A DNA stretch of 62,617 bases, the filler included, from Choristocarpus tenellus KU-1152 (taxonomy: Eukaryota > Protista > Phaeophyceae), in the NCBI GenBank assembly GCA_964200185.2. It is 10 parts of 10 records of this genome, joined end to end, with 100 filler letters (N's around TTAATTAATTAA, not from the genome) between each part and the next. Parts side by side here need not be neighbours in the genome. Positions count along the whole stretch, not along the records: positions 1 to 10,213 come from CAXNAD020003075.1; positions 10,314 to 19,327 come from CAXNAD020004081.1; 8 more parts are not named here. The stretch is one strand, 5' to 3'. The notes under the pieces were generated by a model. It was not told the origin of the DNA. It ran no database searches and worked only from the letters and a program-made list of their open reading frames with translations. The translations under genes and the position numbers were made by a program. Positions 1 to 12,782 of the stretch are shown here, in pieces (position 1 is the first letter of the stretch; every line of letters starts with the position of its first letter).

Positions 1-1410
1 CTCCACCCATCCCCCCATACTTGGGTGGGATGGTTCACCCATACCTCTTGCATTACCTGTAGGCTTGCTCTTAACCGGATGCTTACCATTTCCAGCTGCC
101 ACTTGTGTTCCACCTGTCACCCCTGCATCAACAAAGCTCTTTCTTCGATCTGCTACCACAGCATCAAGCATGCCATATACCTTTGCCACCACCATCTCAA
201 ACTGCTTGGAGTTCAAGTCTTGGCAGGCAAGTATTGGCGTGCAGGCTGGAAGAATTTGTGTAGCCACAGGTTGCACAACCTCCAGTTTCTTCGACACAGC
301 TTCATAGCATCCCAGCACGCATAACTGTACCGCCACTGTCTGATCATTTTCCGACGCAAACTTGAGCGTTGGCAACACCTATGGGGATAAAATACGATTG
401 TCAATAAAACCTGTGCATATTTCAAAAGAAGAAAAAATATCGGCTTCATTGCAACGGACTCATACCCCTAAGACAAAGGATGACGCGAATGTTTTCAAGG
501 AGAACAAAAAAATTTGGACTAATGATGAAGACATCTTGACCTCAACGAGTATCAGTATGTATTACAACCTCACAACATTGTAGGAGTATATTTACAGCTA
601 CCGTTTGCCATGTGGTCTGATTATCTGGATGATGACAGTCGAACACAGAAATCACAAATTGAATGCCACAGAATTTGTATGAAAAGCTGAATTTACCTAC
701 GCTTTCCCAGAAAAACAGTGAATCATGCTCTGCAACATGACAAAAGCTCACAACATTGCAGCTTAGGTATTTCCCTATTGAGTAAATAATTCAAATTCTT
801 ATAAACTCAGGACTTGGGATAGGGTAAACCCAAGTTGTAGAAGAAGCAGCTATCAGGTCAGTGCAAAAATTCCCTTGTGTGCTTTCTAACCACTGGAACA
901 TTTTGAGGTAAATTGTAGAGACTACTGTCCTGTAGTTTGAGGTCCAAAAACATAGCACCAACTCTTTTCCATGGCCAAATAACTTTGCTACTATAATTGT
1001 ACAGCAGTATGGGAATAGTATGGACTCCAATGAGTGAAGCTTGAATTATTACCACTCTCTGTGGTGTCACTCTTTGCAATCTAACCAGCTCTTTGATCTT
1101 GAAAAATTGGGAATCCTCCCTGCTTTGAGTACTGTGTGTCACACAATTGAGTCATTCCACATCGGAAAAACCAGATCCAATTTGTGGCGTGCAAATCAAT
1201 TTCTGAAAAATCAACGGCCATTGGTGTCATAACTCTGAGACACCACTAAGGTTACAACGACATCATCCGACTGCTATGCAATCCAAAAGTTCCTTTGAGC
1301 AATCTAGTTGCACCTGGGGCTTTCAACCTCAATTCCTTTCTGTGAAGGAATGCTGCAGAGTGTGTGCATATTATGCAGGGCAACCGTGTACACTAAAGCA
1401 TGATACTGAC

Positions 1411-3603
1411 CTTCTCCAGCACAGCCTGCACTGGGTAAAAACGGAAGGTCTTAGCAAGGCACATGAGTGCGTTTACTCGGATTGAGAGAACAGCACTCTT
1501 CACTATCAGCCAGCAGACCCGTGGCAGGAGGGCTTCTTCCCTTGTCTTGCCATCAATGGCACTGTGAAAAGCCTCCTCTGATACAGCCTTTAGGGCCGTC
1601 TGTTGGACATTAGGAGCAGTTTCAGCCTGTAGAGCTCTACTCATAAGGAAGAGCAAGACAGTATAATATGACTGAGTTTAAGGATATTAAAGATCAGGTG
1701 TAAGTAGCGAAGTGTGTCTGATCAGCTGTTAATGCCAACTCTACATGTTGTCTTCCATACTGTTCATGAAACACCACTCTTGTGATACGTTAAAAAAAAA
1801 CTCTGGCAAAATATAGAAGCAAAAAACAGTGGAACCATGTATCACACAGAACAAGACAAGGACAAGAGGCAGACATATTAATTTCAAGTAATGGATACAT
1901 CTATTATTGTATTGAATGTAGGGTGACATGAGAATATGTAATTACTTGATGCGAACCAGGCAATTGTATACATCTATTTGTGCCCTATATATATTTGTAC
2001 ACTCAGCTGAATCCCATCAGAATGAGAAGAGAGCTTTGGCCAATCACCCCTCATCCTAAAATTATCAATTATTCCACAAATAAAAAACAAGAAACCTGTG
2101 TTATCCTCACCTGCACACCATGGGCACTACATCTGAACGAAAGAAAGTAACCTCCATTTTTTCAAGAAAAAGGGGCATCGCCTCTACCAGAGCACCCAGA
2201 GCCTCAGGCTGGGCAGCTTCCATTGCAGGTCGAAACTTCTGCTGCAGTGTTGCGATGATCTCCTTACGGCTGAGACGTTCGCACACATCCGTTACGATAG
2301 GAAGTGCGAAGACCCACAGACGACCCGTTTCATCTTTTCCCGCTGCATCAAGAATAGGCTCGACGATTGCATCGCGCTGCAAGCGGAGCGGGAAGCCTGC
2401 CACTGCAGGCCGGATGCCCGTTAGGAAGGTAGCTGCCTCAGCAGCGTTGCGGTGTGAGAGACCATCTATTGACTTCAGCACGGTCACCTCCGTGCTGTGG
2501 AACAGGGAGTTCGACGTAATCACCCCATGCCCCGGACGGGCGTCTGGATCAACCCTGAGGAGGGAGGTAACAATATGTCTAGTATCCGGGGGTACCCCTG
2601 AGACGTCAATGCGACCAGGGAGGTCCAGGGTCGAACAGAAGGCTTGGTGGGCCTGTGGCATGGGTTCTGCATCAATCAAACGGCGTTCTGGGGGGTCTCT
2701 GAAGAGCTGTTGCATGAGGCAGCCAATTGCAAACAGATCACTGGCAAAACAAACTATATTACTTCCTGCAGGGGCAGTGGCCTCAGGAGAGGAGAAGGCC
2801 ATTACCGGATGAAGACGCCAGTGACCATCAAAGCCTCCTCTCGCGCCACTTTGAAAGTGCGGGCACGGTGTGCGATCTTCTCCATCCGTTGGTAGGCTTA
2901 CGCTGAAGCCGAAGCCACCAATCTTCCACTGTCCATTAGGAGCTACGAATATGGACTCAGGCGCGAGGTTGAGGTGTAGGCGGCGCTGGATGGCGTGCAC
3001 GAATTGCAAACCCTCGACAATACCAAAAAGACCCCGCGCCACCTCATATGGTTCAAACCGACGGCGGGCAGAGGCAGCAGCTTTCGAATTCAAGTTCCTG
3101 GGTTGGTCCCCAAGTGCATCTGCCAGAGAGCAGGACAGACGTTCGGTGACGAACGCCATAATAGACCGATTTTCCTCAAAGCTTTCGATGTGACGGACCA
3201 CACTTGGATGAGCCATACTCGACAAAACCTTCACATCGCGACGTAGAATGTCTAGTACTTGCTCTCGTGTTGCTTTATCGATATCTTTGAGCTCTTCTTT
3301 TTTGAACACGTGCACCGATACATCGGCTCCACTTATTCTGTCCTTCGCCGAGTAAATCTTCCAAAGGGAGGCCAGTCCACCAGAGCCAATCGGCTCCTCG
3401 CTCATCTCATATTTCTTTCCGATCTATGGGGAAGATAGAAAGCAGGAACACGAAAGCAGATATAGTACATTAATAGATGTGAGGGCATACGACCAGGGGC
3501 GGACAGCGACATCTATCCATCCAGCCTCTTCGGACTGAAATGGATACAAAATAAGTTCTATTGACGCAAGGTTATGCAAAGTTTACCCTACCTCATTTCC
3601 CAT
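1411..3603 (-). CDS. SCYL2: SCY1-like pseudokinase with HEAT repeats (SCYL2/CVAK104-like), 3' partial
   Basis: Exons 3603-3592 (MGNE), 3423-2111 and 1636-1411 with phase-consistent GT-AG junctions. Kinase fold with degenerate motifs: VSVH for VAIK, HLNLAPESI for HRD, WKIGGFG for DFG. Followed by HEAT-like helices (LSIRVNALMCLAK). Further exons not found in the window. Confidence 0.85.
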
Positions 3604-3999
3604 GACGAGCAATAATAGTGGAGATGGTGGAAACGAGGAATCGACAAAGCACAATAGACGTTGGAGTAGTCTTGTTTCCCCAGTCCCTGTCCCCGCACCC
3701 TTCCAACACCACCCCGCACAAGAGAACACCCACTTTTGTATTCAATATTAGACCTCAAGAAACGCCACCCCAGGTGCACAGTAATTTGAGGTAAGATATG
3801 ATTGTGGAATTGTGTCATGATTGTCGATCTACGATTGGCTTATAAGTCAGTCCGCAAGGTCCTCAAATTGTGATGTGACTTTTGATTGATCGATCCATAA
3901 TTGGCAAAACATTTTGATCAATGTAAACACTTACAAGTAGAGAGCCAGTGCAGGAACTATGTTGTTTCTATACTCACATCTCACATCTCACATCTCACC

Positions 4000-6900
4000 T
4001 CTCTCGCGTCCTCAACCCAAGATTAAAAATTAACACAAAGATGATGGGGACAAGTTTCCTATCCAGATCTAGCTCCTTCCATGCTTCCTATATCTACACA
4101 AACTCGATATTTGACTGCGACTTGCCATTTCAGGACAAAGCACTATACCTGGGAAAATTGAAAAGCTGCCATATCGCAATAACGACATCACCTGTAGTAC
4201 TACAGACTGCCGGCAATGGCAAGTGTCGTCCAGACCGTGGTACCTCTCTCGGGTCCAGTCTACCAAATGAAAGGACAACTTCCCATCACGACTACTGAAG
4301 TCGATAGACCACTGAATGAATGGAAGGTTAGTTTTCGGACGAGTGTTGTGACTAGTTCAACTTTCTCTAGCTGCACAGGAATTTCATCTACAACTAGAAA
4401 TATTTTCATGATGGGCTCTGTGGACGACAAATGCGGGACTCCTTGGGTTGACACATATTGCCTCCTGGTTCCAAGGCGTAGGGCCTGACACATAAACCGA
4501 GCTTGTATGATCTTCGGTGGTCTGGCGTTCTGATGAAACCATGAATGCCACTTTAGAATCCTGAGGAGGTCACGTTGCAATAGTACCAAACTTCTCCACC
4601 CTCGCAACTTCTGTCTCTTAAGTTATGTCCGACTCACCCAGTCACATATTTGTGCGAAAATTCTGGAGGAAACAACACTACATCTATTGTGTACTCAAAT
4701 GTTGTTGACAGGTTGGTTTATTTGACTGCTGTGCAACGGGGTGTGGAACCTTTTGCTGTGGGGTGTTTTGTGAACGCTGCGAAATGGCTTCAGCTCGTAC
4801 CCGAATGGACGGGTCACACTATTGCCTCAACTTGTGAGCACACTAAAGCAAATGTGACCATTGGGTCTGGGAAGTAGATTAAAGGGAGCTGCTGCTGTAG
4901 GTCTTACACGTACTCTTTTAGTCACTCTCGTTGGGATGTGAAGACACTTTTTACAGTATCGGTCATGGTACATGTTTGCGGTCCCTTTTTCAATGACAAT
5001 GAAGAGTGCACCTTCATGATTAATCACCTTCCACGTTCGACTTGTTACATGTGATTTTCCATACCAGCTGCTGCATACTCCATCCTGCCGTTGCCCGGAA
5101 CATTATCCGTGAGGGCTATCATATCAGGGGAACATGGTGGAACGACTGCATTGCTGGGTGGGTACCCCCCTCAGTAGGTAGTCGCTGTGCCTTGGCACCC
5201 CACACGTTTCACCACGTCAGCTGTCCCTTTCATGGCTTTTGTCAAGCAGAAAGTGAATCAATTTTTACTAGCTGGAGCTTCGATTAGCTACAATATTGTA
5301 TATCCCCAGGATAAAAGATTGTTCCTGGTGGTGGTTTGGGATACTGTAACAGTGTGTGCTCGACTCTAGGTCACAGTGATAGAACGTGTAATGTAACTCT
5401 TGCTTGTACATTAGCTACAATATTTTGTATCCCCAGGCTATTAGATTGTTCCTGATGGTGGTTTAGGATACTGTAACAGTATGTGCTCTACTCTAGGTCA
5501 CAGTGATAGAACGTGTAATGTAACTCTTGCTTGTACATCCTAGGTTGCGACCTGCAGATGATCGTGGTTTCTGTACACGCAACACTCTACAACATCACAA
5601 GTTTGCGTTGCACACCGTTTGTCATTCACGCCTTGCAACGCAAGAAACCGTGATCATTTACTAGGTTGATACACGGCAGGGTAATTGAAGAGTGACAGGA
5701 AAGAGCGTTATGGCTATCCCTCATTGCCAACGACCCTCAACTTCCTCTTAGGCATACCTGGATGAAGTAGATGCCAACAAATTTGATAGTCTGATGTCAG
5801 AGTATCATCACTAGCCACTCGGATGTTAGTATCTCCCCCCCCACAGTTGAAAGTATATCAGTGCATTGGCACTGAAGAGTCACCGTATTTTTTACCTTTC
5901 TGCTAAGCTTGAGCTCATCAAGTTCAGTGTAGCACAGGATGTGGTGGGAAAAATACCAACACAGAGTGTGGTGAACAACAATACCGATATTTGGTTGCAG
6001 GAGAGTAGGCCTTACGGACGACCCTCTATGATGGAACTTTGCTTGGCAAAATGCCTCTCTCACACTCCCTTAAGCTTGTTGCACTTGAATATCTGTGAAA
6101 ATTAACTTGGTCAGATGCAGATTGTGGCTTCCACTGTAACCCCAGCAACCTCAATTGTTGGCAATTGGTATATTTGCGATGGTTAAAGTCACCAGACATG
6201 TTGTACTTCCCATGGGAAGGTACTTTTCGAAGATATACCATGTGCTTGTTGAATTGCCTGTTGTCTTTGATGAAGTCTTGGCTAAGGAGATATTTAAGGA
6301 TGTGTTTCTGATGAGGGTTGTATGTGCATTGATCTATCGCATCGCTTGACAGAGGATGCCCATGTCCCCTTCACTTGCAGCATCACTACATTATTCACAC
6401 CTCAGAGAACAAATGCTCACACACACACACACTTCTTGAAAGTTGCAGTGTTGTACTTAGAAGTAACTAAGCATTGTCTAGATAACGTATGTTTCGGATC
6501 ATTTGGGTTCCAAGAATTAGCAAGGACATCGTGAGTTATACAGGAACGGGGCTTGAGTGGTGTTATGGACGACGCAAGTTACGAAAAGGAAATGGACTAC
6601 TACCGTGTCCCTGGATATTGTGTGTGTTTAGGAGGAATTGAACCCCGAGCAATGTCCTGGGCATCATAGGTTTGTGGAAGTCGTGGAGCTCCAATATTCT
6701 TAGTGATATACCTTATATTGAAGATTATGTTTTGAGTACTGTCCTGCAAAGTGTGTGTTATAGAGGAAATAGGCAATGAATGGTGCCTAAGACAACGTGT
6801 GTTATCTTGTTGTAAGGGATCTGAGCTTCATCCTGGACAACATATACTGCACAGATAAGAAACTCTTGAGAGTTGTCCTGGACAAGTACGTATTGCAGGG

Positions 6901-7100
6901 GAAATGTAATCTGGTCACTGTCGTGTACAACATGTGTTATTGAGGAAATGGGCACCAAGCATTGTACTGGACAACCACGTCCTATTGATAAGTTTGATAA
7001 GTGTGCGTTAAAGACGACATTGGTCCGAGAGTTTTAGGGTACACTAGGATTGAGCATTACGATGTTTGAGCTAGTTGTATGGCATTCAGTAACAACTATT
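4000..7100 (-). mobile_element. Heavily decayed TE-like remnant, possibly a non-LTR retrotransposon
   Basis: Stop-ridden coding-like sequence with an RNase H-like LRKVPSHG fragment (~6220) and a zinc-knuckle-like VEHILLQYP fragment (~5480). Boundaries approximate, family uncertain. Confidence 0.3.
5284..5537. repeat. 127-bp tandem duplication (2 copies)
   Basis: TTAGCTACAATATT...CTTGCTTGTACA at 5284-5410 and 5411-5537, with a few substitutions. Confidence 0.95.
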
Positions 7101-8768
7101 GCGCCTACGTCACATCTTACAACATTGATATCCTGTCCCCCTCCCCATATCACCAACTCTTTCCAGCCACTCATACTCAGAGCTTCAGTTACTGTGGTAC
7201 AGTTCCTGACACTGAACTGAAGGCAAGAGGCCTAAATGTTGAACCAACCTCATCCTGACAAGTATATTTTGAGTCCCCTGTACCCCTGCCCAGTCAGGGA
7301 CTCTTTTGCCTCACGAAACTGCTGTGCGCCGCTCGAATAGATGGGCGTGCATCTTTACAGTGATTGAGATAGATGTTCAATGCACTCATCCGAACACTTA
7401 AAGATCCCCTTTCATCCATTCACGGCACTCTTTGTCGCTGTAATTGACAGAACATTCTGTGGACCGTGCACCATCTGCCAAATTCGCAGTGAGACAAGAA
7501 TGCGTGGTCGAGCCCACATGCAATGGGGGGCTAAGCGGTGAGAAGTATAGGATAGACTACAGTGTTTTCGCTGCGAACCTCATGTACACTTATATATTAT
7601 TAATGTGTCTCATGTGTGCCTTTGGATACCCCCCTACTCCTACTTAGAGTAGTGGACCCCAAGTTCTTTCATCCCTCTCTCTTTCTCTAGACGCTCTGAT
7701 GGTTCTTTCTTTCTAGGTCTAGGTCCTTGTCAAAAATCATCCTTGGTATAATACTCCTATATATTTGGGATTTGTCATTTGATTTGGACTAACGAAAACC
7801 ACTGATTAGTTAATGGTTGCTGGAAACACTGTGCCAAGTTTCCTGCAAATGGAAGAGTCGTCAAAATAATGACATTCGTGATAATACGAATGATAAGCAA
7901 TTCGAAATGATAGTTGGAGCACTGGCTTCTCGGGAACAAATTAGGGTGGGATCGATAACTGGTCGCATTTGAATCACAGTTCAGTTGATAAACGAAATGA
8001 TATGAAAGTACTATATTTGTGCATCATTGTCTTTTGTCGATTTGCAGTTCACAGATTTCTCAGGTTTCAATATATATATAGAGAGATATACTCCCATGTA
8101 TTGACCCTTTCGATGCACCATATTGTAGGGGAAATCTGTAAAAGAACCACAATGAACTGATTTCAGAAGCATGACCAACACACTCAAACCCCCCACCAAA
8201 ATCCCTCTCAAATATTTCGTCCTTAAACGTGAAAAGTTTGAACATAAGTAGTTCATCTCAGAGAGCACATTTACCAAACCAAATTTACAGTACTTTCAGC
8301 GCTCTTCACCTGTCAAACATAGCTCCGAAGAATTGTATTGAATATGATGTTTTCGTGTGTTAGTTGATATTGACCACCTCCATCACAGCAGTGTCCAGGA
8401 GACTCACACAAGGTAGTTTGTGATTGTTCCCTCATAATTATACCAATATAGAAAACAACACGTGGAGCTGGACTGTTTCAAATTGCTGTTTTGAACCATA
8501 AGAACGTATACATCCTTGTGTGCATTCTTCTGCAAAATAATTTTGCGTTTGATATACTCCATAGTAGTCATCAAAACAGGTATCGAATTAACGTTAGATT
8601 CATAGTGAACCTCGGTATACCTAGTTATTGTTTTTCTTACGTCTTAGACTAATAGAGCAGTTTCCCTCTATTTTTTGTCACGAATCTGTGGGCGATCAAG
8701 GCCTCAGCAATTCATGTTGTTCTCTTCAGTTTATTTTGTCTGCCTCTTTCGTATATCTCCATACTGCA

Positions 8769-9864
8769 ATGGTTTGCTCTTATCACCGCCCGATGGCCAG
8801 ATCCCCCGTACCAGTTCCTTGGCAGAATGATGTCTGTGGTTGCTGTGCCTTCAACCTTGGGACTGAATGCCTCACTGCGATGCTGTGGCCAGGAATTGTG
8901 TTCGCCGTGGCAAGGTCAAGGTTTGACGGTTCTAACTGCTGCTTCAACTGTTTGTGTGTTTCTCCATGCCTCACCAAGTCCATCATAGCCCATGGCTATA
9001 ACATTAGAGAAGGTTGGTGCTATCCTTTGGGCAAGTTAATTTGTCCTCAACATTTGTAGCTGAAGAGGGTTATGCTATGGGGTTGTGAGTGAGAGTCAGT
9101 GTGTATGGATCTGTTCATCCATGCTGCGCATTACTGTACTGCATCTAGAGAAAAGAGGATATTTTATTATTATGCCCTCTGACATTTTGCAGATGTGTCA
9201 GGGTAAAAAACAATGAAAACTAAAAGAAGGTATCAGTATTGAAGCAGTAAAACAATGCATAGGTCTGTTGATAGCAGTTTGAATCAACTCATTTTGGGGG
9301 GTTCATGGTAATTTGATGTGTGGTGGGAAGAAGAAATGCTAACATCATACTCCAAAAAAGTGCATTTAACACGATCGAGGTCACAAGTGCAATACCTTTA
9401 TTGTAATATTATGCGGCAAGCATGCCAGAAGTAGGAGAACATCTAATGGTTAGCCTTTTGATATACCTCAAGTCATGAGGGGGGGATATGGGGGATGTAA
9501 AACTCGAACTTGTTGTAAATACTTTTATGTAAATTGAAGTCAACTTCAAAGGAGTCGTCGTAATGATATAGAGTGAAAAAAGGATTTGGTACACGCTTGT
9601 TCACCACTTCCAGTACTAAACGTCTCTGTTCTTCATACTCCCTGCTCATCCTCCAACTCTCTCTGGTTCTGTTCTGCTCATCAACCACTGGCGTGTGCAG
9701 GTGCGTGGAATGATTGTTGCTCCAACTGTTGCCTTGTAATGATGATTCCCTGGTGCTCAGCTTGCCAGACCATTAATGAGGTCAATGTTCGGGGGCCTGT
9801 GACACGTGTCTTCTTGCCCTACCCAGTGACCACTGTGGACATCGCACAATCAATTGTCCGCTGA
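8769..9864 (+). CDS. PLAC8 / cysteine-rich membrane protein (~135 aa)
   Basis: Exons 8769-9012 and 9701-9864 (phase-1 GT-AG intron). Family-typical segments WQNDVCGCC, GYNIREGAWNDCC and IPWCSACQTINEV. Confidence 0.85.
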
Positions 9865-10213
9865 AGTAGAGAAGTAGACTCTTTCTACGTGGTTCTTCTC
9901 ATGTTTTTTTCATTAATCCATCTACGCTCTCACCTCTTTGCCCCACTAAGAGCTTATTAGGCTTTGTTCTTGGACAAGGTACGTGGATCATCATTGGAAT
10001 AAACTTGCTTTAGGTGGATGAAGTACTTTGCATAAGTGTAGGTTGTGAGGGGTTAATGGTACCTCACTACACAATTGCGTTTTTACGAATTAGGTACCTT
10101 CAAATAAATACATGCCTCTCTATTTTAGAAATGATTTGTGTTACAGGCGCCCCTCAATGCTCACCTTCCAGGATGTACAACTCAAATCCAACGACCTCAA
10201 AACGACGCTACGA

Positions 10214-10313
10214 NNNNNNNNNNNNNNNNNNNNNNNNNNNNNNNNNNNNNNNNNNNNTTAATTAATTAANNNNNNNNNNNNNNNNNNNNNNNNNNNNNNN
10301 NNNNNNNNNNNNN
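10214..10313. other. Artificial contig spacer N44-TTAATTAATTAA-N44 (first of nine)
   Basis: Identical 100-nt spacers at 10214, 19328, 23644, 31982, 38438, 43721, 47527, 52490 and 56208. The 12-mer places stop codons in all six frames. Confidence 0.98.
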
Positions 10314-12396
10314 GGGGGGAGATCATCCACTTCTAGTGGAGGAGGGGGATTTATTTTACAATACTCTGTATTTTTTTATGAGATGTTTGGTCATCACCTT
10401 TCTGATGGAGAAGGGGAAGGATTAAGAGGGCATTTAGTGTTCTTTTGCTTCCCTGAGGAGTGATTGTTTGAAACACTGCTGAATTGCATCTGATACATGA
10501 TACATGATACATGATGCATATTTTTGTTCTTTTGTGAATACTAGGATCAAGCAAAAACTTTGAGTTGGAATAGAATATCTATCTTAGCCACTACTTAATT
10601 TTTGTTGACTTGTGAGGTGGTATCAACAACTTATCCGCACTTGTGTTTTTCAAGTGATGATGCTTACACATAATTCATGCCTCGTGAAAGGCGTGTGGAA
10701 CTCCCTCGTCCGTAGGATCCCCATGCACTCATTGTTTACATGCATTGCAATACTGACTCGCTCATCTTTGACTACTCCCTCCTGAGCGTGGATAGATGGT
10801 AATTGGACAAATTTATTGTCTCAAGATGTATGTGTACCTTCAATTCATCATGCATCACTTGCCAATTGGGTGGGAAACAGTTATTGTTTCTAATATTTTT
10901 GCAAAAGGGACCTATGTATGTCTGTTGAGAGTCCTCTTAGCTCCAATGAATATTATGTGCTTATTTGTAATATCGAAAATAATATTCAAGAAAATAGTTG
11001 TTCTTGTTGATGACATGGCTTACATACCTTCACCTGGATGGGCAACTTGTGCAATTCTCAATGCACCAACCCGGTAGTAGTGGTAGTTGAAATGGCTTGC
11101 GCAATAATACATAATGCTCATCATTGTCCACTATTTTTATGGATGGAGATGTGATTACGATTACGATTACTACTTCTACTGGTGCACATCACATATCAGA
11201 CAGTGTCTCTAATTGTCTCCATTATATAGTATGTATGAGTGGAACTGGAGAAAGCAGTGCAAGCCTGAAGCACCTTTAAGGCCACTGCCCCTGAATAGAT
11301 AAAATCGAAAAATGCTGCATCCCAGTGTGATCTGATTTTGTCAACCGCTTAGGTAGAGGAACATTGCCCAGTATTCTGAGGGAGAGGACGAGCAGCCCAG
11401 AGCAAGAGGGTTTGACTGTCTGGACCACACAACCAAAATCATTCCAGGATTCCATGGAATGAGCAAGATGGAGACATTTGTAGGTAGTGGAGTTGGGAGT
11501 TCTCGGCAATGTGCAAGAGAATTAACATAGGGAGGGCCACAGTAGGCAGAGAATAGTGGAACCAAGTCCACGTCTGCACACTATTCATCTTGAGCGGTAG
11601 TAGCACTACCATATATGATGTAAGGGGTTCGTAAGAGTTTACCTTGCAACGTATGTATGGGGGAGTTCAGCTGGTTGGGGTGGGATATCGGAACACATTC
11701 ACGACTAGAGAGGACATACATGGAGAAAGCAGCACATGCTGTAGAGGTTGATGCCTTCAAGCTTGCAGGAGGAGGGCTCTCAACAATTGACATGGACACA
11801 GTGGAGCGTACAACAACAACCCAGCCAACAAGTGGTGGGTGGAAGGAGCTCAAAATTTCTTTGGCTCGGCAAGTTTGCCCTGTACATATAAAGACCATTA
11901 TTCCTGCTTCGCAACAAATTCTCATCATCACCTACCTGGGAATTCTTGCGACTTAAAAACGAGCAGACTGGAACCAGGTTTTGTGCTGTTTCTTTTTTCC
12001 CCTCACAACACCTTGATGGAGATAGATGGAGGTAGATGCAGGTAGATGCATGGGAGGTTGCCAAGAAAGGCAACAGAAAGGACACCACCTGAAGACTCAA
12101 GATGAGGCAACAACACATCAATAATAATGTAAGGCCACACATCGTCGGTATGTAATACGTAAATACCTCTACACAACAAAAGAGGTAAAGGATGTAGCAT
12201 ATGTGTTCGATATTAAACAGTATCTCATTCCGGACAACTGTTCAGTTCCTTCTCCAACACATAACATGAAGAAAGTGTATGTAAGTCTAATAATAGTGGA
12301 ATGAAAGGGTATAGAAATGAAGAGTACCTCCAATTTTTTTCGCCTGTGGTGGGGCTCCTCATTACCCAGTACGACACTTTTTGCCTTGAATAGCCG

Positions 12397-12453
12397 ATTT
12401 CAAAAATTGAGGATGGAGCTTTTCATTGAGGATGGGCTTGACCCAAAATTGAC
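12397..12453. repeat. Dispersed repeat, inverted copy at ~19429-19488
   Basis: GATTTCAAAAATTGAGGATGGAGC...GACCCAAAATTGAC matches the reverse complement of the sequence just after the second spacer. Confidence 0.8.
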
Positions 12454-12782
12454 CTTTATAAAAAAAAACATATCGACACTTTATCCCTGTTCTTGGGGCA
12501 CTCACTACCCATCGCTCCACCCACAAAACCCGATTTCGACACAGATCGACTACTACAATCAAATACATGGAATTTTTTCGAGTCCACAGAAATTGTTTTG
12601 AGTCACAATACCCGAATTGAACAAATTTTACTATTTTTTCAACTTTTGTGTTAGAAGTGAAAATGTGTTTATTTGAAGTTGGTGTTGAGGGAAAATCTCA
12701 ATGACGAATAGGGGTATACCCTACATACTTATAGATGTTTTTTGTTTGAATGTCAGAAACATCACCCACACTGAACGTAAAC

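Noticed and set aside
1-1250. Degenerate coding-like sequence downstream of the last visible SCYL exon
   Set aside because: Probably an intronic TE remnant, but it has no diagnostic motif.
2120-3246. Long plus-strand ORFs (230, 107, 83 aa)
   Set aside because: Antisense shadows of the SCYL exon with no recognisable motifs.
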